A stretch of DNA of 64,000 bases, from NCBI GenBank assembly GCA_963749915.1, contig CAVVOP010000005.1, forward strand, positions 64,001 through 128,000, read 5' to 3'. The position numbers were made by a program, and so were the translations under genes. The notes beneath the pieces are model-generated. The model was not told the origin of the DNA. It saw only the letters and a program-made list of their open reading frames with translations, and made no database searches. The DNA is from an uncultured cyanobacterium. GTDB lineage: Bacteria; Cyanobacteriota; Cyanobacteriia; Cyanobacteriales; Cyanobacteriaceae. Numbering within the stretch: the stretch's first letter is position 1; every line of letters begins with the position of its first letter. Positions 30,131 through 41,074 of the stretch are shown here, piece by piece.

Positions 30131-30670
30131 ATGTTAGTCCATGACATCCCACCTCGCAGACCAAGTAACTCCCCAATGGAAAAGATAAAATCTCTTCCTC
30201 AAGGAAATTTTACTGCCAACAAAAAATATCTCAGAAACAAACCTTCTTCCGGAAGACGCATCGATTTACCCTCGAACAATGAACTGTCAAAGCTTCGCTA
30301 TCAAAATCGACCTTTTTGGCTTAAAAGTCTGATTGTACTTAGTAATGGTTCTTCTCTGGTATGTTATCTGAGCGTGGCGATCGCTTTTGTAATGTATAGC
30401 ATGACGGTTCATGCACCAAAGTTATGGACTCAGAAATATGAGCAATTACAAAATTTACAAAAGCAAGAAAGACAATTTAGTTTCACCGATGAGATTGTTA
30501 AAAATCAATTAGGAGAATCAGCGAAAAAATCTGGTTCCGGTTTAATAAATCCCGATCCCACTCAGATGCCAATTTTCTTACCTGATAGCAACCCAAAACC
30601 GATAGAATTAAAATTGTCTAATACTCCTACGCCCAGACAGATTGAAAAAATTTCCCCCATCGCATATTAA
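30131..30670 (+). CDS. Bitopic coiled-coil membrane protein, FtsL-like
   Basis: Single TM followed by coiled coil; 6 bp upstream of ftsI. Confidence 0.55.
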   Translation: MLVHDIPPRRPSNSPMEKIKSLPQGNFTANKKYLRNKPSSGRRIDLPSNNELSKLRYQNRPFWLKSLIVLSNGSSLVCYLSVAIAFVMYSMTVHAPKLWTQKYEQLQNLQKQERQFSFTDEIVKNQLGESAKKSGSGLINPDPTQMPIFLPDSNPKPIELKLSNTPTPRQIEKISPIAY

Positions 30671-30676
30671 CCAAGG

Positions 30677-32503
30677 ATGAACGTCTTTAAGCCCAACAAC
30701 CCCCATAAAATCTTCCAAAAATCGGCTTTGTCGAAGAATTGGTTTAATCAGTCTCAAAATCAAACAAAAAATCCAAACTCCTCCATTAAATCTCTTAATT
30801 TTGATTCTGTTATCCGATTAGTGGCCATTTGGCTGGTGTTGATTTTGGGTTCAACGGGGTTAGCATTCAAACTTTATCAATTGCAAATTGAACAGGGAGA
30901 TGAGTTAAGGGAAAAAGCGAGACAACAACAAACCTATAATTTCCGCCCCTATATTCCTCGTCGTTCTATTGTAGATAGTAGTGGAAATGTAATTGCCCTA
31001 GACAAGGTGGTTTATACTATCTATGTTCATCCCATCATGTTATCGGAAGATAATCAGACTGTAGCGGAAAAATTAGCTAATATTCTAGTGGATCGTGATA
31101 AAAATGAGATTTTAAAACTATTAAGCAGTAAAAAATCAGGGGTTTTATTAGGCAAAACTATCAGTGAAGATCAGGGTAATAAAATTCGACAACTGGGATT
31201 AGAGGGAATTGATCTCGAACGTCGTTATGCCCGTTTTTATCCCCAGGGAGAATTATTTTCAGATATTGTTGGCTATGTGGATACGGAACATTCGGGACAG
31301 GCAGGAATCGAATATAGTCAGGAAAAAATGTTAGAAAGAGATCTTTCTACAGTGCAAATGCAATCTATGTTAACGGTGAAAAGAGATGGACAGGGGGCAG
31401 TTATTCCCGTATCTTTGCCTGAAGGCATTGTGGAACTAGATGATCTGCAATTAAAACTAACTTTAGATTTAAGATTACAAAGGGCAACACGAGACGCACT
31501 CAAAGCTCAACTTAAAAAGTTTAACGCCAAAAGAGGGGCTGTTATTATCATGGACGTTCATACAGGGGGTATTATTTCCCTAGTTTGTGAACCGACTTAC
31601 AACCCCAATGAATATTCTCTTTTCGATTTTGCTTTATATAAGAATTGGGCGGTAACAGATAGTTACGAACCCGGATCGACTTTTAAACCTATAAATGTGG
31701 CCATCGCCTTAGATGAAGGGGTAATTAGTGCCAATTCGAGTGTTGTAGATGCCGCTAGTACGGTAATCGACGGTTGGCCTATTGCTAATGCCTCGAAAAG
31801 TGGTAAGGGTTGGGTAAGTGTAACGAAAGTACTCGAAATTTCTAGTAATACAGGAATGATTCACATAATGCAGAAGATTAGTAGATTAAAATACTATCAA
31901 AGATTAGAAGAATTAGGACTAAATAGACTCATGGGATTAGATTTACCTTTTGAGGCAACGGGGTATCTAAAACCGAAAGAAATTTTTACCGCTAGAAATA
32001 TAGAACCGGCGGTATCCGCTTTTGGCCAGGGATTTTCTCTCACTCCCCTCAAATTAGTGCAATTACACGCAGCCTTAGCTAATGGTGGTAAATTAGTGAC
32101 TCCCCATGTAGTCCAAGGTTTAGTTAATGCCGAGGGCAAATTAGAATCAGTGCCAAAACGAGAGAGTAAACAAATTTTTCAAGAAAGTTCTGCCAATAGT
32201 GTGGTGAAAATGATGCGATCGGTGGTTGATAATGGTACGGGAAAAGTAGCACAAATTGACGGTTATCCCATCGGCGGTAAAACCGGTACTGCTCAAAAAC
32301 ATGACGGTAGAGGTAGATACCAAGCCAACGCTAAAATTACTAGTTTTATTTCGATATTACCTACAGATGAACCTCGCTATGTAGTTTTTGCTGTAGTTGA
32401 TGAACCAAAAGGAGCAAATACTTACGGTTCAACAGTTGCCGCCCCCGTAGTTAAAGAAGTTATGAATGCCATTATTCGCTTAAAAGGTATACCCCCTTCT
32501 TAA
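30677..32503 (+). CDS. ftsI: Class B penicillin-binding protein (FtsI/PBP3)
   Basis: N-terminal TM, RFYPQG, EPGSTFK (SxxK), SSN, KTGT. Confidence 0.88.
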   Translation: MNVFKPNNPHKIFQKSALSKNWFNQSQNQTKNPNSSIKSLNFDSVIRLVAIWLVLILGSTGLAFKLYQLQIEQGDELREKARQQQTYNFRPYIPRRSIVDSSGNVIALDKVVYTIYVHPIMLSEDNQTVAEKLANILVDRDKNEILKLLSSKKSGVLLGKTISEDQGNKIRQLGLEGIDLERRYARFYPQGELFSDIVGYVDTEHSGQAGIEYSQEKMLERDLSTVQMQSMLTVKRDGQGAVIPVSLPEGIVELDDLQLKLTLDLRLQRATRDALKAQLKKFNAKRGAVIIMDVHTGGIISLVCEPTYNPNEYSLFDFALYKNWAVTDSYEPGSTFKPINVAIALDEGVISANSSVVDAASTVIDGWPIANASKSGKGWVSVTKVLEISSNTGMIHIMQKISRLKYYQRLEELGLNRLMGLDLPFEATGYLKPKEIFTARNIEPAVSAFGQGFSLTPLKLVQLHAALANGGKLVTPHVVQGLVNAEGKLESVPKRESKQIFQESSANSVVKMMRSVVDNGTGKVAQIDGYPIGGKTGTAQKHDGRGRYQANAKITSFISILPTDEPRYVVFAVVDEPKGANTYGSTVAAPVVKEVMNAIIRLKGIPPS

Positions 32504-32591
32504 TCCCATGAGCTTAAAAAAATAATTAGCAATAGATATTCCTCCTAACTCTTAGGTCCGAACCCTGATATTGTTTATTGGTCAACATTTT

Positions 32592-33380
32592 ATGATTAAT
32601 GTTTATGATATTTTAAATCAAATCGAAAGAGTGCGAATTAGTGATGGGGCAACTGTTCCCATTCTCAGGGGTTGTGAATCTGCCCATGGCTTACTTGTCC
32701 TTGTTTGGCCACAACTAGGAGATTTTGATAGTTTAGAATATGCTTGGTGGTTGCAACGGGAATTTGCCAAAATTCAAGATAAAGGGATAATAATTCGGGC
32801 GATTGGCATAGGCGATCGCCATTCAGGTTTAAAATTTTGTGAATATACGGGGTTTTCTGAAGATTGTTTATTTATAGACCCCAAAGCTCAATTACACCGG
32901 CAATTAGGACTTTATCAGGGCTTATCGCTAAAATTACCGTTTTTAAGTGCTGGCCAAAATGCTTGGCTAAATTTAATGTTAATGTGTGCAGGAATTGGTA
33001 GTCCGGGGACACTTAAAGAAGTTCTTCGGGGATATACAGGAAATAAACAAGCACCGCAGTTAATTGCTGACGAGGAAACCATCCATGCAAAACCTTTACC
33101 TCCTTTGAAGGGTTCATTTTTTAAAATGGCTGGAGGCGGGGGTTTTCAACGTCCTTTTGAATTAGCAACTTTAAGACTGAGGAATATGACTGAGGTTCTT
33201 AGTAATTGGTCAACCTATGTGCCAGATTCAGTCTATTTAACCCAAAGAGGGGGCACTTTTTTATTTGATGGGGAAGGGAATTTACTTTATCAATATCGGG
33301 ATCGCAACATTCTTGGTTTTGCTGAAAATATGACTAATCCTTTATCTTTTTTATCTCATACTTTAAATGTGGAAAAATAG
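32592..33380 (+). CDS. Peroxiredoxin-like (AhpC/TSA-2) family protein
   Basis: QLGDFDSLEY, MCAGIGSPGTL, QRPFELATLRL, TQRGGTF. Confidence 0.75.
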   Translation: MINVYDILNQIERVRISDGATVPILRGCESAHGLLVLVWPQLGDFDSLEYAWWLQREFAKIQDKGIIIRAIGIGDRHSGLKFCEYTGFSEDCLFIDPKAQLHRQLGLYQGLSLKLPFLSAGQNAWLNLMLMCAGIGSPGTLKEVLRGYTGNKQAPQLIADEETIHAKPLPPLKGSFFKMAGGGGFQRPFELATLRLRNMTEVLSNWSTYVPDSVYLTQRGGTFLFDGEGNLLYQYRDRNILGFAENMTNPLSFLSHTLNVEK

Positions 33381-33392
33381 TGGACTAGAGTA

Positions 33393-33827
33393 TTAACTTG
33401 CGAGGTCTAAAAAATCAAGTAATATTTTTCGGTGAATATCCGCAAATGGTTTTATTTGTTTTGCTTTTTCCGAATAGTAACTGCCAAGATGAATTATTTG
33501 GGGAGAAACAAGGGCAAAATCCCATCCTTCTCCAAGGGTTAAATTCTCAATTCCAACAGTTAATGGGAGAGAATAAACATGGCGAATAACTCGTTTATCC
33601 TCATAACGACCAAATTCAGAAAAAGTTGAAATATCATAGTTAATTTCTTCTTTGATTTCTCGTCTTAATGCGGATTCTGGTTTTTCCCCTTTTTCCAGAT
33701 GACCACCAAATAATGCCCAACATCCGGGGTGAACGATTTTTGGAGTATTATCTCGAAGTTGAACAAGAAACTCTCCCTGTCGATAAATAATAGCGATCGC
33801 TACCGCAACAAGTTGATTTTGACTCAT
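33393..33827 (-). CDS. NUDIX hydrolase
   Basis: GGHLEKGEKPESALRREIKEE Nudix box. Confidence 0.9.
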   Translation of the reverse strand: MSQNQLVAVAIAIIYRQGEFLVQLRDNTPKIVHPGCWALFGGHLEKGEKPESALRREIKEEINYDISTFSEFGRYEDKRVIRHVYSLPLTVGIENLTLGEGWDFALVSPQIIHLGSYYSEKAKQIKPFADIHRKILLDFLDLAS

Positions 33828-33890
33828 TGTGATTTCTTGATTTAAAAAAAGTAATTTATGTCATATTGTCATAATTTCCGCATCAATCTA

Positions 33891-35330
33891 TTAATCCATT
33901 CTTAAGCCTAATTCGAGGTTCTCCGATGATCCTTCATGAACAGTTTTAACCCATTTTAGTTGTTTTTGACGGACGGACATTCTAGCGGTAGTAACGGGCA
34001 TTACTATAAACCAGTGGGTCATATAAATCATTCCCAAAATACTTTTTATAACCATGTTAAAGCTATCACCAATGCTTGATTTATCGCCTGTTTTTGTCCT
34101 TTTTAACCCTGTGAACATTCCCCAAAATGCCAATATTAAGGTTAGGCTTGTGAGAGGTGCAATTAAGGGTATATGATGACGGGTAACTACCATGACTAAA
34201 TCGGGTATTGCGGCAGTAGGGAAAATATATTGTACCAAAAAGAAATAGAGTAAATCAAATTTTTTGTACCAATTTAGGCGATTACTAAGGATAAACCGCC
34301 AATAGTCGAAATAACGTTGATAACCACCTTCTGCCCAACGACTTCTTTGATGCCACAATGCGATCGCCTTTTTTACTCCTTCTTCTTCTACGGCAGGATT
34401 TTCTAGGATACCAATATCCCAATTATCTAAGTGTAAACGGATGGTTAAATCAAGATCATCGGTGATGGTTTCTTCATTCCAACCGCCACAACTATCTAAG
34501 GCTAGACGGCGCACAAATTGGCCGTTACCCCTTAATTCTCCCATGCCACCACAAGCGATTCTCTGTTGTTGAAAGTAGCTATCTAGTGCCATTTCTGTCC
34601 ATTGTCCTCGGGCCCAAAAATTTTCATCAGCGTTAGAAATTGATTTTCTGACTTGGATGGCACCAATATTCTCGGCTTCAAATAAAGGTACTATTTTTCT
34701 TAATAAATCGGGAGAGGCGACGGCATCCGCATCAAATACCCCGACAATATCCCCAGTGGTTAAAGCCAAAGCTTGATTTAATGCACCAGATTTACCTCCT
34801 TTTGCGGTACCATCTCGATGTAAAACTTTTAATTGGGGGTGTTTTCGTGCTAACTCATCTAAAATTATTCCCGTGCGATCGCTACTATTGTCGTTGATAA
34901 CCCAAAATTCATATAAATCTTGAGGGTAATCAAAACTCAACAGCATTTTTACCAATTTTCCCACCACTGCTTCTTCATTTTTTGCCGACACCATGAGGGA
35001 CATTTTCGGTAAATTGACGATATCTCCAGAGGAAATAACGGCAACAGGGGGAGAAACAAACATTAATCTTAAGGCTTGAATCGTAACAAAAATGCCTAAG
35101 CCTAAGACAAACCAAATACTCCAGGAAACTAAATGCAGAGTAATGGTCACCATCCAAATTATACTTAAAGCAAAAGCGGCTTTTTTCCTTCTTCCTGATA
35201 AACCCTGAAAAAAATCGTTTCTAAATTCTTCCTCTTCTATCTGGGGATCAGAAAACTCTGCTATTAATGAGGTAATGGGATCTAATTCTGTATTCACATT
35301 TGAACTATTAAGTCTATCTTTTTCTGGCAT
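33891..35330 (-). CDS. mgdA: GT2 glycosyltransferase, monoglucosyldiacylglycerol synthase
   Basis: N-terminal TMs, GGKSGALN, FDAD, GELRGNGQF, TDDLD, QRSRW; ATG 35330 preferred. Confidence 0.8.
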   Translation of the reverse strand: MPEKDRLNSSNVNTELDPITSLIAEFSDPQIEEEEFRNDFFQGLSGRRKKAAFALSIIWMVTITLHLVSWSIWFVLGLGIFVTIQALRLMFVSPPVAVISSGDIVNLPKMSLMVSAKNEEAVVGKLVKMLLSFDYPQDLYEFWVINDNSSDRTGIILDELARKHPQLKVLHRDGTAKGGKSGALNQALALTTGDIVGVFDADAVASPDLLRKIVPLFEAENIGAIQVRKSISNADENFWARGQWTEMALDSYFQQQRIACGGMGELRGNGQFVRRLALDSCGGWNEETITDDLDLTIRLHLDNWDIGILENPAVEEEGVKKAIALWHQRSRWAEGGYQRYFDYWRFILSNRLNWYKKFDLLYFFLVQYIFPTAAIPDLVMVVTRHHIPLIAPLTSLTLILAFWGMFTGLKRTKTGDKSSIGDSFNMVIKSILGMIYMTHWFIVMPVTTARMSVRQKQLKWVKTVHEGSSENLELGLRMD

Positions 35331-35445
35331 GATTAGTTTTGGCCTTTTAATAAAATTTACCAATGGTTTACACTATCTTAAACATTATTGAGAAAAAATT
35401 ATAGGGGAGTTGCTTACAAGGGTAGGTTTTTTATAATTAGGTGTT

Positions 35446-35486
35446 GACAGGACAAGGAGGACAAGGAAGGAAAGTAGACAAGGGAG
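35446..35486. repeat. GACAAGGAG-type purine-rich tandem repeats
   Basis: gacaggacaaggaggacaaggaaggaaagtagacaagggag; similar tracts at ~55870 and, complemented, ~55960-56015. Confidence 0.5.
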
Positions 35487-35643
35487 TCAAAAGCCTATTC
35501 TTTGGTTGAGGAATCTTCCCTCTCCTCCCAATACTGCTGGGTTAAGCCCGAAAAAGTTATTCGCGCATTCGCGCATTCCCCTCTTATTAGTTTTCCCTAT
35601 TGCTGACTCTCTTTGTTCCTTAATTGTTAATCGTTAATTATTC

Positions 35644-36348
35644 ATGAAACCATATCAAGTTATACCGATAATAGAGTGTAATGAGCCCTTAGTGCCGATT
35701 CCCGATGATCAATTTATCTTAGAAAATCCTTCGGCTTATGTGAAACTCGGTGCAAATTATCAGGGTCAATCACCTTATTTTCTGAGGAAAGGAGTATTGA
35801 ATAGGTTGTTAATGGCTAAGGCAAAACTAAAAGAGATAAAACCCCATTGGCACATCAAGATTTTTGACGCTTATCGTCCTGTTAGTGTACAGCAGTTTAT
35901 GGTTGATTATACTTTTAACTCTATTTGTCTCGATCGTCAACTGGATTCTAAGATGTTAACCCCTTGGGAAAAAGCCTCTATTTATGAGGAAGTTTACCAA
36001 ATTTGGGCCATGCCTAGCGATCATCCTTTAACTCCCCCTCCCCATAGTACCGGATCTGCCATTGATTTAACTCTTTTAGATGACAATGGTCTTGAAGTGG
36101 ATATGGGAGGGGAAATTGACGAACTTTCTGAGCGATCGCAACCTAATTATTACATAAGTTCTACTAACTCTGAAAAAAAAGTGTTTCACGAAAATAGAGA
36201 AATATTGTTAAAAATCATGACTTACGGGGATTTTCGTCGACATCAGGGAGAATGGTGGCATTTTTCCTACGGTGATCAAATGTGGGCATGGTTACAAAAT
36301 CTTGATAATCCCAAGAGAAAGGCGATAGCCAAATATGCCGGGATATAG
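35644..36348 (+). CDS. D-Ala-D-Ala dipeptidase (M15D, VanX/DdpX-like)
   Basis: FDAYRP, PPHSTGSAIDLTL, EWWHFSYG. Confidence 0.9.
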   Translation: MKPYQVIPIIECNEPLVPIPDDQFILENPSAYVKLGANYQGQSPYFLRKGVLNRLLMAKAKLKEIKPHWHIKIFDAYRPVSVQQFMVDYTFNSICLDRQLDSKMLTPWEKASIYEEVYQIWAMPSDHPLTPPPHSTGSAIDLTLLDDNGLEVDMGGEIDELSERSQPNYYISSTNSEKKVFHENREILLKIMTYGDFRRHQGEWWHFSYGDQMWAWLQNLDNPKRKAIAKYAGI

Positions 36349-36510
36349 GTAACACTCTCAGAAGGAATTATGCATTTGAAGGAGATGTTGTCCTTTCAGC
36401 CATAGGTTTTAAGGGATAAATTAATGATTTTAGACCTATCGTGGATAAGTCCTGTCTCTTTTGGCACCTTATGGTTCAAAATAAAAAGAGCCAATATTTA
36501 ATTTAAGATT

Positions 36511-38673
36511 ATGACTTTCAGACGCCGAGAATTTTTAACCTTTTTAGGAATTGGTATTGCTAGTACTGCTTGTAGTTCCATATTAAAAAATAATTTACAA
36601 GCCAACACACCTTCTAGTATTAGTAAACCTTCTTTCAATAATTTTAAACCGATAAAATACCCAATTCCTCTGGATATTAATAACCTTTCTAGTGAAAAAC
36701 AAAAACAAATTTATCAAACCTATCAGGTAGAAGATGATTTAATTTTACCAGAAGGTTTTAAATATGATGTGATTGCCTCTTGGGGTGATAAAGTGGGAGA
36801 TTCTCGTTTCGGTTATAACAATGATTATGTCTCTTTTATTGAAACTAGTCCCAATGAGGGTTTTTTGGTGGTAAATTTCGAATATGTAAGTCAGACTCCT
36901 TGGCTACAAACTTACGAAACTGTCGTCGGTAAATCCTTGGATGGTCAGGTTTTAAAAACTTTAGCAGAGGCGAATCAAAATCAACAAGCTTTAAATCTTT
37001 TTGCCCTCCCCGAGGACAACCCTGCCAAATTAAAATTTCAGGAATTTTTCGCTGAATTATTAATAGATCAAGGTGTAGGTATAATTTCTGTGAGTCTTGA
37101 TAGTAAGGGTAAATGGCAACGCACTTATAGTAAAAACGATCGCCGTATTACGGGCATTTCTGGCTGGAAAGATAACCATTATTTATCTGTCACTGGTCCT
37201 GCTACGGCTATCTTTAAAAAAGCCGAAGGACTAGGATATATCGACAATCTAGGGGATAAAATTATCGGTACTTTTGCTAATTGTGCAGGGGGTACTTCTC
37301 CTTGGGGTACGATTTTTAGTGCCGAAGAAAATTTCCAGCATTATGTTCCAGAGGGTATTATGGCTGATGGTACTTCTTTGCCCCCAGAATTTGGACCTGT
37401 ATTCGGTTTAATTGGTCAAGGTAATCCTTTTGGTTTGGCAGGTAATAAATACGGTTGGATGGTAGAAATTGATCCTGCCAATAGTAATGATTATGGCAGA
37501 AAACATACATATTTAGGGCGTTTTCGTCATGAGGCGGTAGCTATTCGAGCGGAAAAAGATCAACCTGTAGTATTTTATTCTGGTTGCGATCGCACAGGAG
37601 GACATTTGTATAAATTCGTATCAAAGGGAAAAGTTATTAATCCCACCGACAAAAAAAACTCGGAATTGTTGCAAGAGGGAATTTTATATGTGGCGAAAAT
37701 GGAAGCCGATGGTAAGGGGGAATGGATACCGTTACAAGCTGATACCCCCATTAACCCCACAGCTTTACAACATTTAGAAGGGGGACTGTTAAACATCCCT
37801 AACCCCGATAGGAAAAAAGGCTCATTTATCCCCGTGCAAGATCAGGGAGAATTAGACAATTTTACGGCTAAATATGGCAAATTGGGGGATTTATATGTGG
37901 GCAACACAAAAGAAGAAATACAGGGGGCGATCTTGATTGATGCTCATTTTGCCGCTAGTGTGGCAGGGGGTACTTGTGGTGCTCGTCCTGAAGATGTAGA
38001 ATTGAGTCCCATAGATCGATCGTTAGTAATTGCTTTTACCGCTGGAGTTGCTGGTAGTGATGGCAGTCCTGACAAACGTATTTTTAGTGATCGACAAGGA
38101 AAAATGTATCAATATGGTTGTTTAATGCGTCTCAAAGAAACTGATAATAAACCTGACGCCATAACATTTACATGGGAGATTCTCGGTGTGGGTGGTGAAC
38201 CTTCAAAAGGTGGTATGGGATTTGCTTACCCTGATAATATTGAATTTGACGCTAACGGTGATTTGTGGATGGTTACGGATATGCCTACAGCCACGCAAAA
38301 TCAATCATCTAATGGTGATAGAAATACAACAGGTGCATTAGGAAATAATTCCATTTGGTATATACCTTTATCGGGAGAAAATGCAGGAAAAGCTTATCCT
38401 TTTGGCATAGTTCCCATGGAAGCCGAAGGTACTGGGATGTTCTTTACAAAAGATCAAAAAACCCTTTTTTTAGCGATTCAACACCCGGCAGAAATAAATG
38501 GTATTAGGAAAGATATGGAGGAGAAAAAAGCAGAAATTTCCGTTTTAACCACCGATGGAGAGGAATTTATCCAAAAAAGGACGATTCCCCAAGGCTCAAA
38601 TTGGCCTAGTTTAAAACCCAATCAACCTCCTAAACCTTCTGTTGTTGCTATTTATCATAGTGAAACAATTTAG
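36511..38673 (+). CDS. phoX: PhoX-family (DUF839) alkaline phosphatase, Tat-exported
   Basis: RRREFL Tat signal; NCAGG, PWGT, EEN, LGRFRHE, RPED, PDN, IQHP. Confidence 0.88.
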   Translation: MTFRRREFLTFLGIGIASTACSSILKNNLQANTPSSISKPSFNNFKPIKYPIPLDINNLSSEKQKQIYQTYQVEDDLILPEGFKYDVIASWGDKVGDSRFGYNNDYVSFIETSPNEGFLVVNFEYVSQTPWLQTYETVVGKSLDGQVLKTLAEANQNQQALNLFALPEDNPAKLKFQEFFAELLIDQGVGIISVSLDSKGKWQRTYSKNDRRITGISGWKDNHYLSVTGPATAIFKKAEGLGYIDNLGDKIIGTFANCAGGTSPWGTIFSAEENFQHYVPEGIMADGTSLPPEFGPVFGLIGQGNPFGLAGNKYGWMVEIDPANSNDYGRKHTYLGRFRHEAVAIRAEKDQPVVFYSGCDRTGGHLYKFVSKGKVINPTDKKNSELLQEGILYVAKMEADGKGEWIPLQADTPINPTALQHLEGGLLNIPNPDRKKGSFIPVQDQGELDNFTAKYGKLGDLYVGNTKEEIQGAILIDAHFAASVAGGTCGARPEDVELSPIDRSLVIAFTAGVAGSDGSPDKRIFSDRQGKMYQYGCLMRLKETDNKPDAITFTWEILGVGGEPSKGGMGFAYPDNIEFDANGDLWMVTDMPTATQNQSSNGDRNTTGALGNNSIWYIPLSGENAGKAYPFGIVPMEAEGTGMFFTKDQKTLFLAIQHPAEINGIRKDMEEKKAEISVLTTDGEEFIQKRTIPQGSNWPSLKPNQPPKPSVVAIYHSETI

Positions 38674-38844
38674 GTAGAATGAAGATGAAAATTTTAGTTT
38701 ATTGATCGTCATTCCTGATTTATAATGGCGGTAATAAATTGACTTTTATCCTTGGTAAGGAATAAAAAGTTTTTTCACAGCACCACAAATAGGACAAAAT
38801 AGGGATTTTATGATTTAAGGCAACAAAACTATCATCAATTATTC

Positions 38845-40890
38845 ATGACAAATCATCTAGTCAACACCCAAAGTTTATATCTCCGTAAACACGCTCATAA
38901 CCCCATTAATTGGCACTTTTGGGGGGAAGAGGCCTTAAATCTCGCAAAATTGCACAACAAGCCCATTTTTCTCTCCATTGGTTATTCTAGCTGTCATTGG
39001 TGTACAGTTATGGAAGGAGAGGCTTTTTCTGATACGGCGATTGCGGAATACTTAAATAAATATTTTGTAGCGATAAAAGTTGATCGAGAAGAACGTCCGG
39101 ACATCGATAGTATATATATGACAGCGTTGCAGATGATGACAGGACAGGGGGGATGGCCATTGAATATATTTCTCACTCCTGACGATTTAGTACCCTTTTA
39201 CGGTGGCACGTATTTTTCCATGGAACCCCGTTATGGTAGGCCCGGATTTTTACAAATATTACAATCTCTTCATGATTTTTACCATCAACAAAAAGATAAA
39301 GTTTCGGCACTAAAAAGCGAAATTGTTAAGGGTTTGAGCAGTCATTCTCAGGTAACTTTTGCCCCTGATAGTCAGTTAACCACTGAATTATTAAACCAAG
39401 GCATTGATAGTAATAGTAAAGTCCTCGCCCGTGATGATTATGGTTCGCCTCGTTTTCCCATGATGCCTTATAGTAATCTTATCCTCGAAGGATCGATCTC
39501 GAATAATGAGTGTCATGGTTTGGCCATAAAAAGAGGTCTGGATTTAGTTAACGGAGGTATTTATGACCATGTTGGCGGCGGTTTTCATCGTTATACCGTT
39601 GATGCCACATGGACAGTGCCCCACTTTGAAAAAATGCTTTACGATAATGGTTTAATCATGGAATTTTTGGCTAATTTATGGAGTAGTGGTGTAGAAGAAC
39701 CAGAAATTAAACTTAGTTGTGAGGGAATTTTAAGCTGGTTAAAACGAGAAATGACAGCTGATAAAGGTTATTTTTATGCTTCTCAAGATGCGGATAATTT
39801 TAGCAATATAAATGACACTGAACCAGAAGAGGGCAATTTTTATGTATGGAATTATCAACAGCTAAAGCAAATTTTATCAAAAGAAGAATTTAATGCTTTT
39901 GAGGATACTTTTATTATTAGTAAAAGTGGTAATTTTGAAGGTAAAAATGTTTTACAAAAGCAAAAGGAAAAATCTATTAATAACCTTATTAAAAATTCCT
40001 TAGATAAACTATTTACTATTCGTTATGGCGAAAATTCAACTAAGTTAACTAAATTTACTCCTGCTAAAGATAATCAAGAGGCAAAAAGTATTCATTGGCA
40101 AGGACGAATTCCTCCCGTTACTGATACAAAAATGATTCTCTCCTGGAACAGTTTAATGATTTCGGGATTGGCCAGAGCTTATGGTATTTTTGGTGATCAA
40201 AATTACTTAAAATTAGCACAACAAGTAACTAACTTTATTTTAAATAATCAGTGGCAAAAAAATCGTCTATACCGTCTTAATTACGATGGAAAAGTTAGCA
40301 TTTTAGCACAATCGGAGGATTATGCTTTTTTCATCAAGGCTTTATTAGATTTAGCCCAAAATTCTGATGATAATTCTCATTATTATTTAACTCAAGCCAT
40401 CAAAGTACAACAGGAATTTGATCATCATTGTGGCGATGTCCAAGAGGGGGGTTATTATAATAATGCTAATGATAATTGTGACGATTTATTAATCAAGGAA
40501 AAAAGTTACATCGACAATGCCACTCCTTCCCCCAATGGCGTTGCCATCGCCAATTTGGTAAGATTAGGATTTTTAACCGACAATTTAGAGTATTTTGACA
40601 AGGCAGAAAAAACCTTAAAACTCTTTGGCGACATTATGAAGAAATCTCCCGTCAGTTGTCCGAGTTTATTTGTTGCCTTAAACTGGTATTTACAAGGTAC
40701 AAGTGTTAAAACTACAAAAGAAGTTAAATCACAAATTAACCAACAATATTTACCGACCACAGTGTATCGAATAACAGAAAAATTACCTTCGAATAGTATC
40801 GGTGTTGTCTGTAGTGGTTTGTCTTGTTTTGAACCCGCTATAACTATAGATCAATTGTTAAAACAAATTAAAGAAATTAGGGTGAGTTAG
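38845..40890 (+). CDS. Thioredoxin-domain protein YyaL/SSP411 (DUF255)
   Basis: SIGYSSCHWCTVME, VDREERPD, GGWPL, PHFEKMLYDN. Confidence 0.92.
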   Translation: MTNHLVNTQSLYLRKHAHNPINWHFWGEEALNLAKLHNKPIFLSIGYSSCHWCTVMEGEAFSDTAIAEYLNKYFVAIKVDREERPDIDSIYMTALQMMTGQGGWPLNIFLTPDDLVPFYGGTYFSMEPRYGRPGFLQILQSLHDFYHQQKDKVSALKSEIVKGLSSHSQVTFAPDSQLTTELLNQGIDSNSKVLARDDYGSPRFPMMPYSNLILEGSISNNECHGLAIKRGLDLVNGGIYDHVGGGFHRYTVDATWTVPHFEKMLYDNGLIMEFLANLWSSGVEEPEIKLSCEGILSWLKREMTADKGYFYASQDADNFSNINDTEPEEGNFYVWNYQQLKQILSKEEFNAFEDTFIISKSGNFEGKNVLQKQKEKSINNLIKNSLDKLFTIRYGENSTKLTKFTPAKDNQEAKSIHWQGRIPPVTDTKMILSWNSLMISGLARAYGIFGDQNYLKLAQQVTNFILNNQWQKNRLYRLNYDGKVSILAQSEDYAFFIKALLDLAQNSDDNSHYYLTQAIKVQQEFDHHCGDVQEGGYYNNANDNCDDLLIKEKSYIDNATPSPNGVAIANLVRLGFLTDNLEYFDKAEKTLKLFGDIMKKSPVSCPSLFVALNWYLQGTSVKTTKEVKSQINQQYLPTTVYRITEKLPSNSIGVVCSGLSCFEPAITIDQLLKQIKEIRVS

Positions 40891-40909
40891 AAGTTAGGAG
40901 TTTTTTTCT

Positions 40910-40958
40910 GTTGAACACCGATTTTCATGTTACGAAAATCGGCGTTCAACTGTTTTTT
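40910..40958 (+). terminator. Strong hairpin / intrinsic terminator at the left edge of the sugar island
   Basis: GTTGAACACCGATTTTC-ATGTTAC-GAAAATCGGCGTTCAAC followed by TGTTTTTT. Confidence 0.75.
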
Positions 40959-41074
40959 GATCATGGTTTTCCTGATTTATTCGAGTAGGTTGTTGACTAT
41001 ATGAATGAACTCCCTATAGTGCCAACGCTCATCAAAAGTATAACAAGCCAATCCTTTACCTCTAGCTCTTTTTT

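Noticed and set aside
36400..36510. Pho box upstream of phoX
   Set aside because: Only weak TTAA matches in AT-rich DNA; no convincing 11-bp-period triple repeat.
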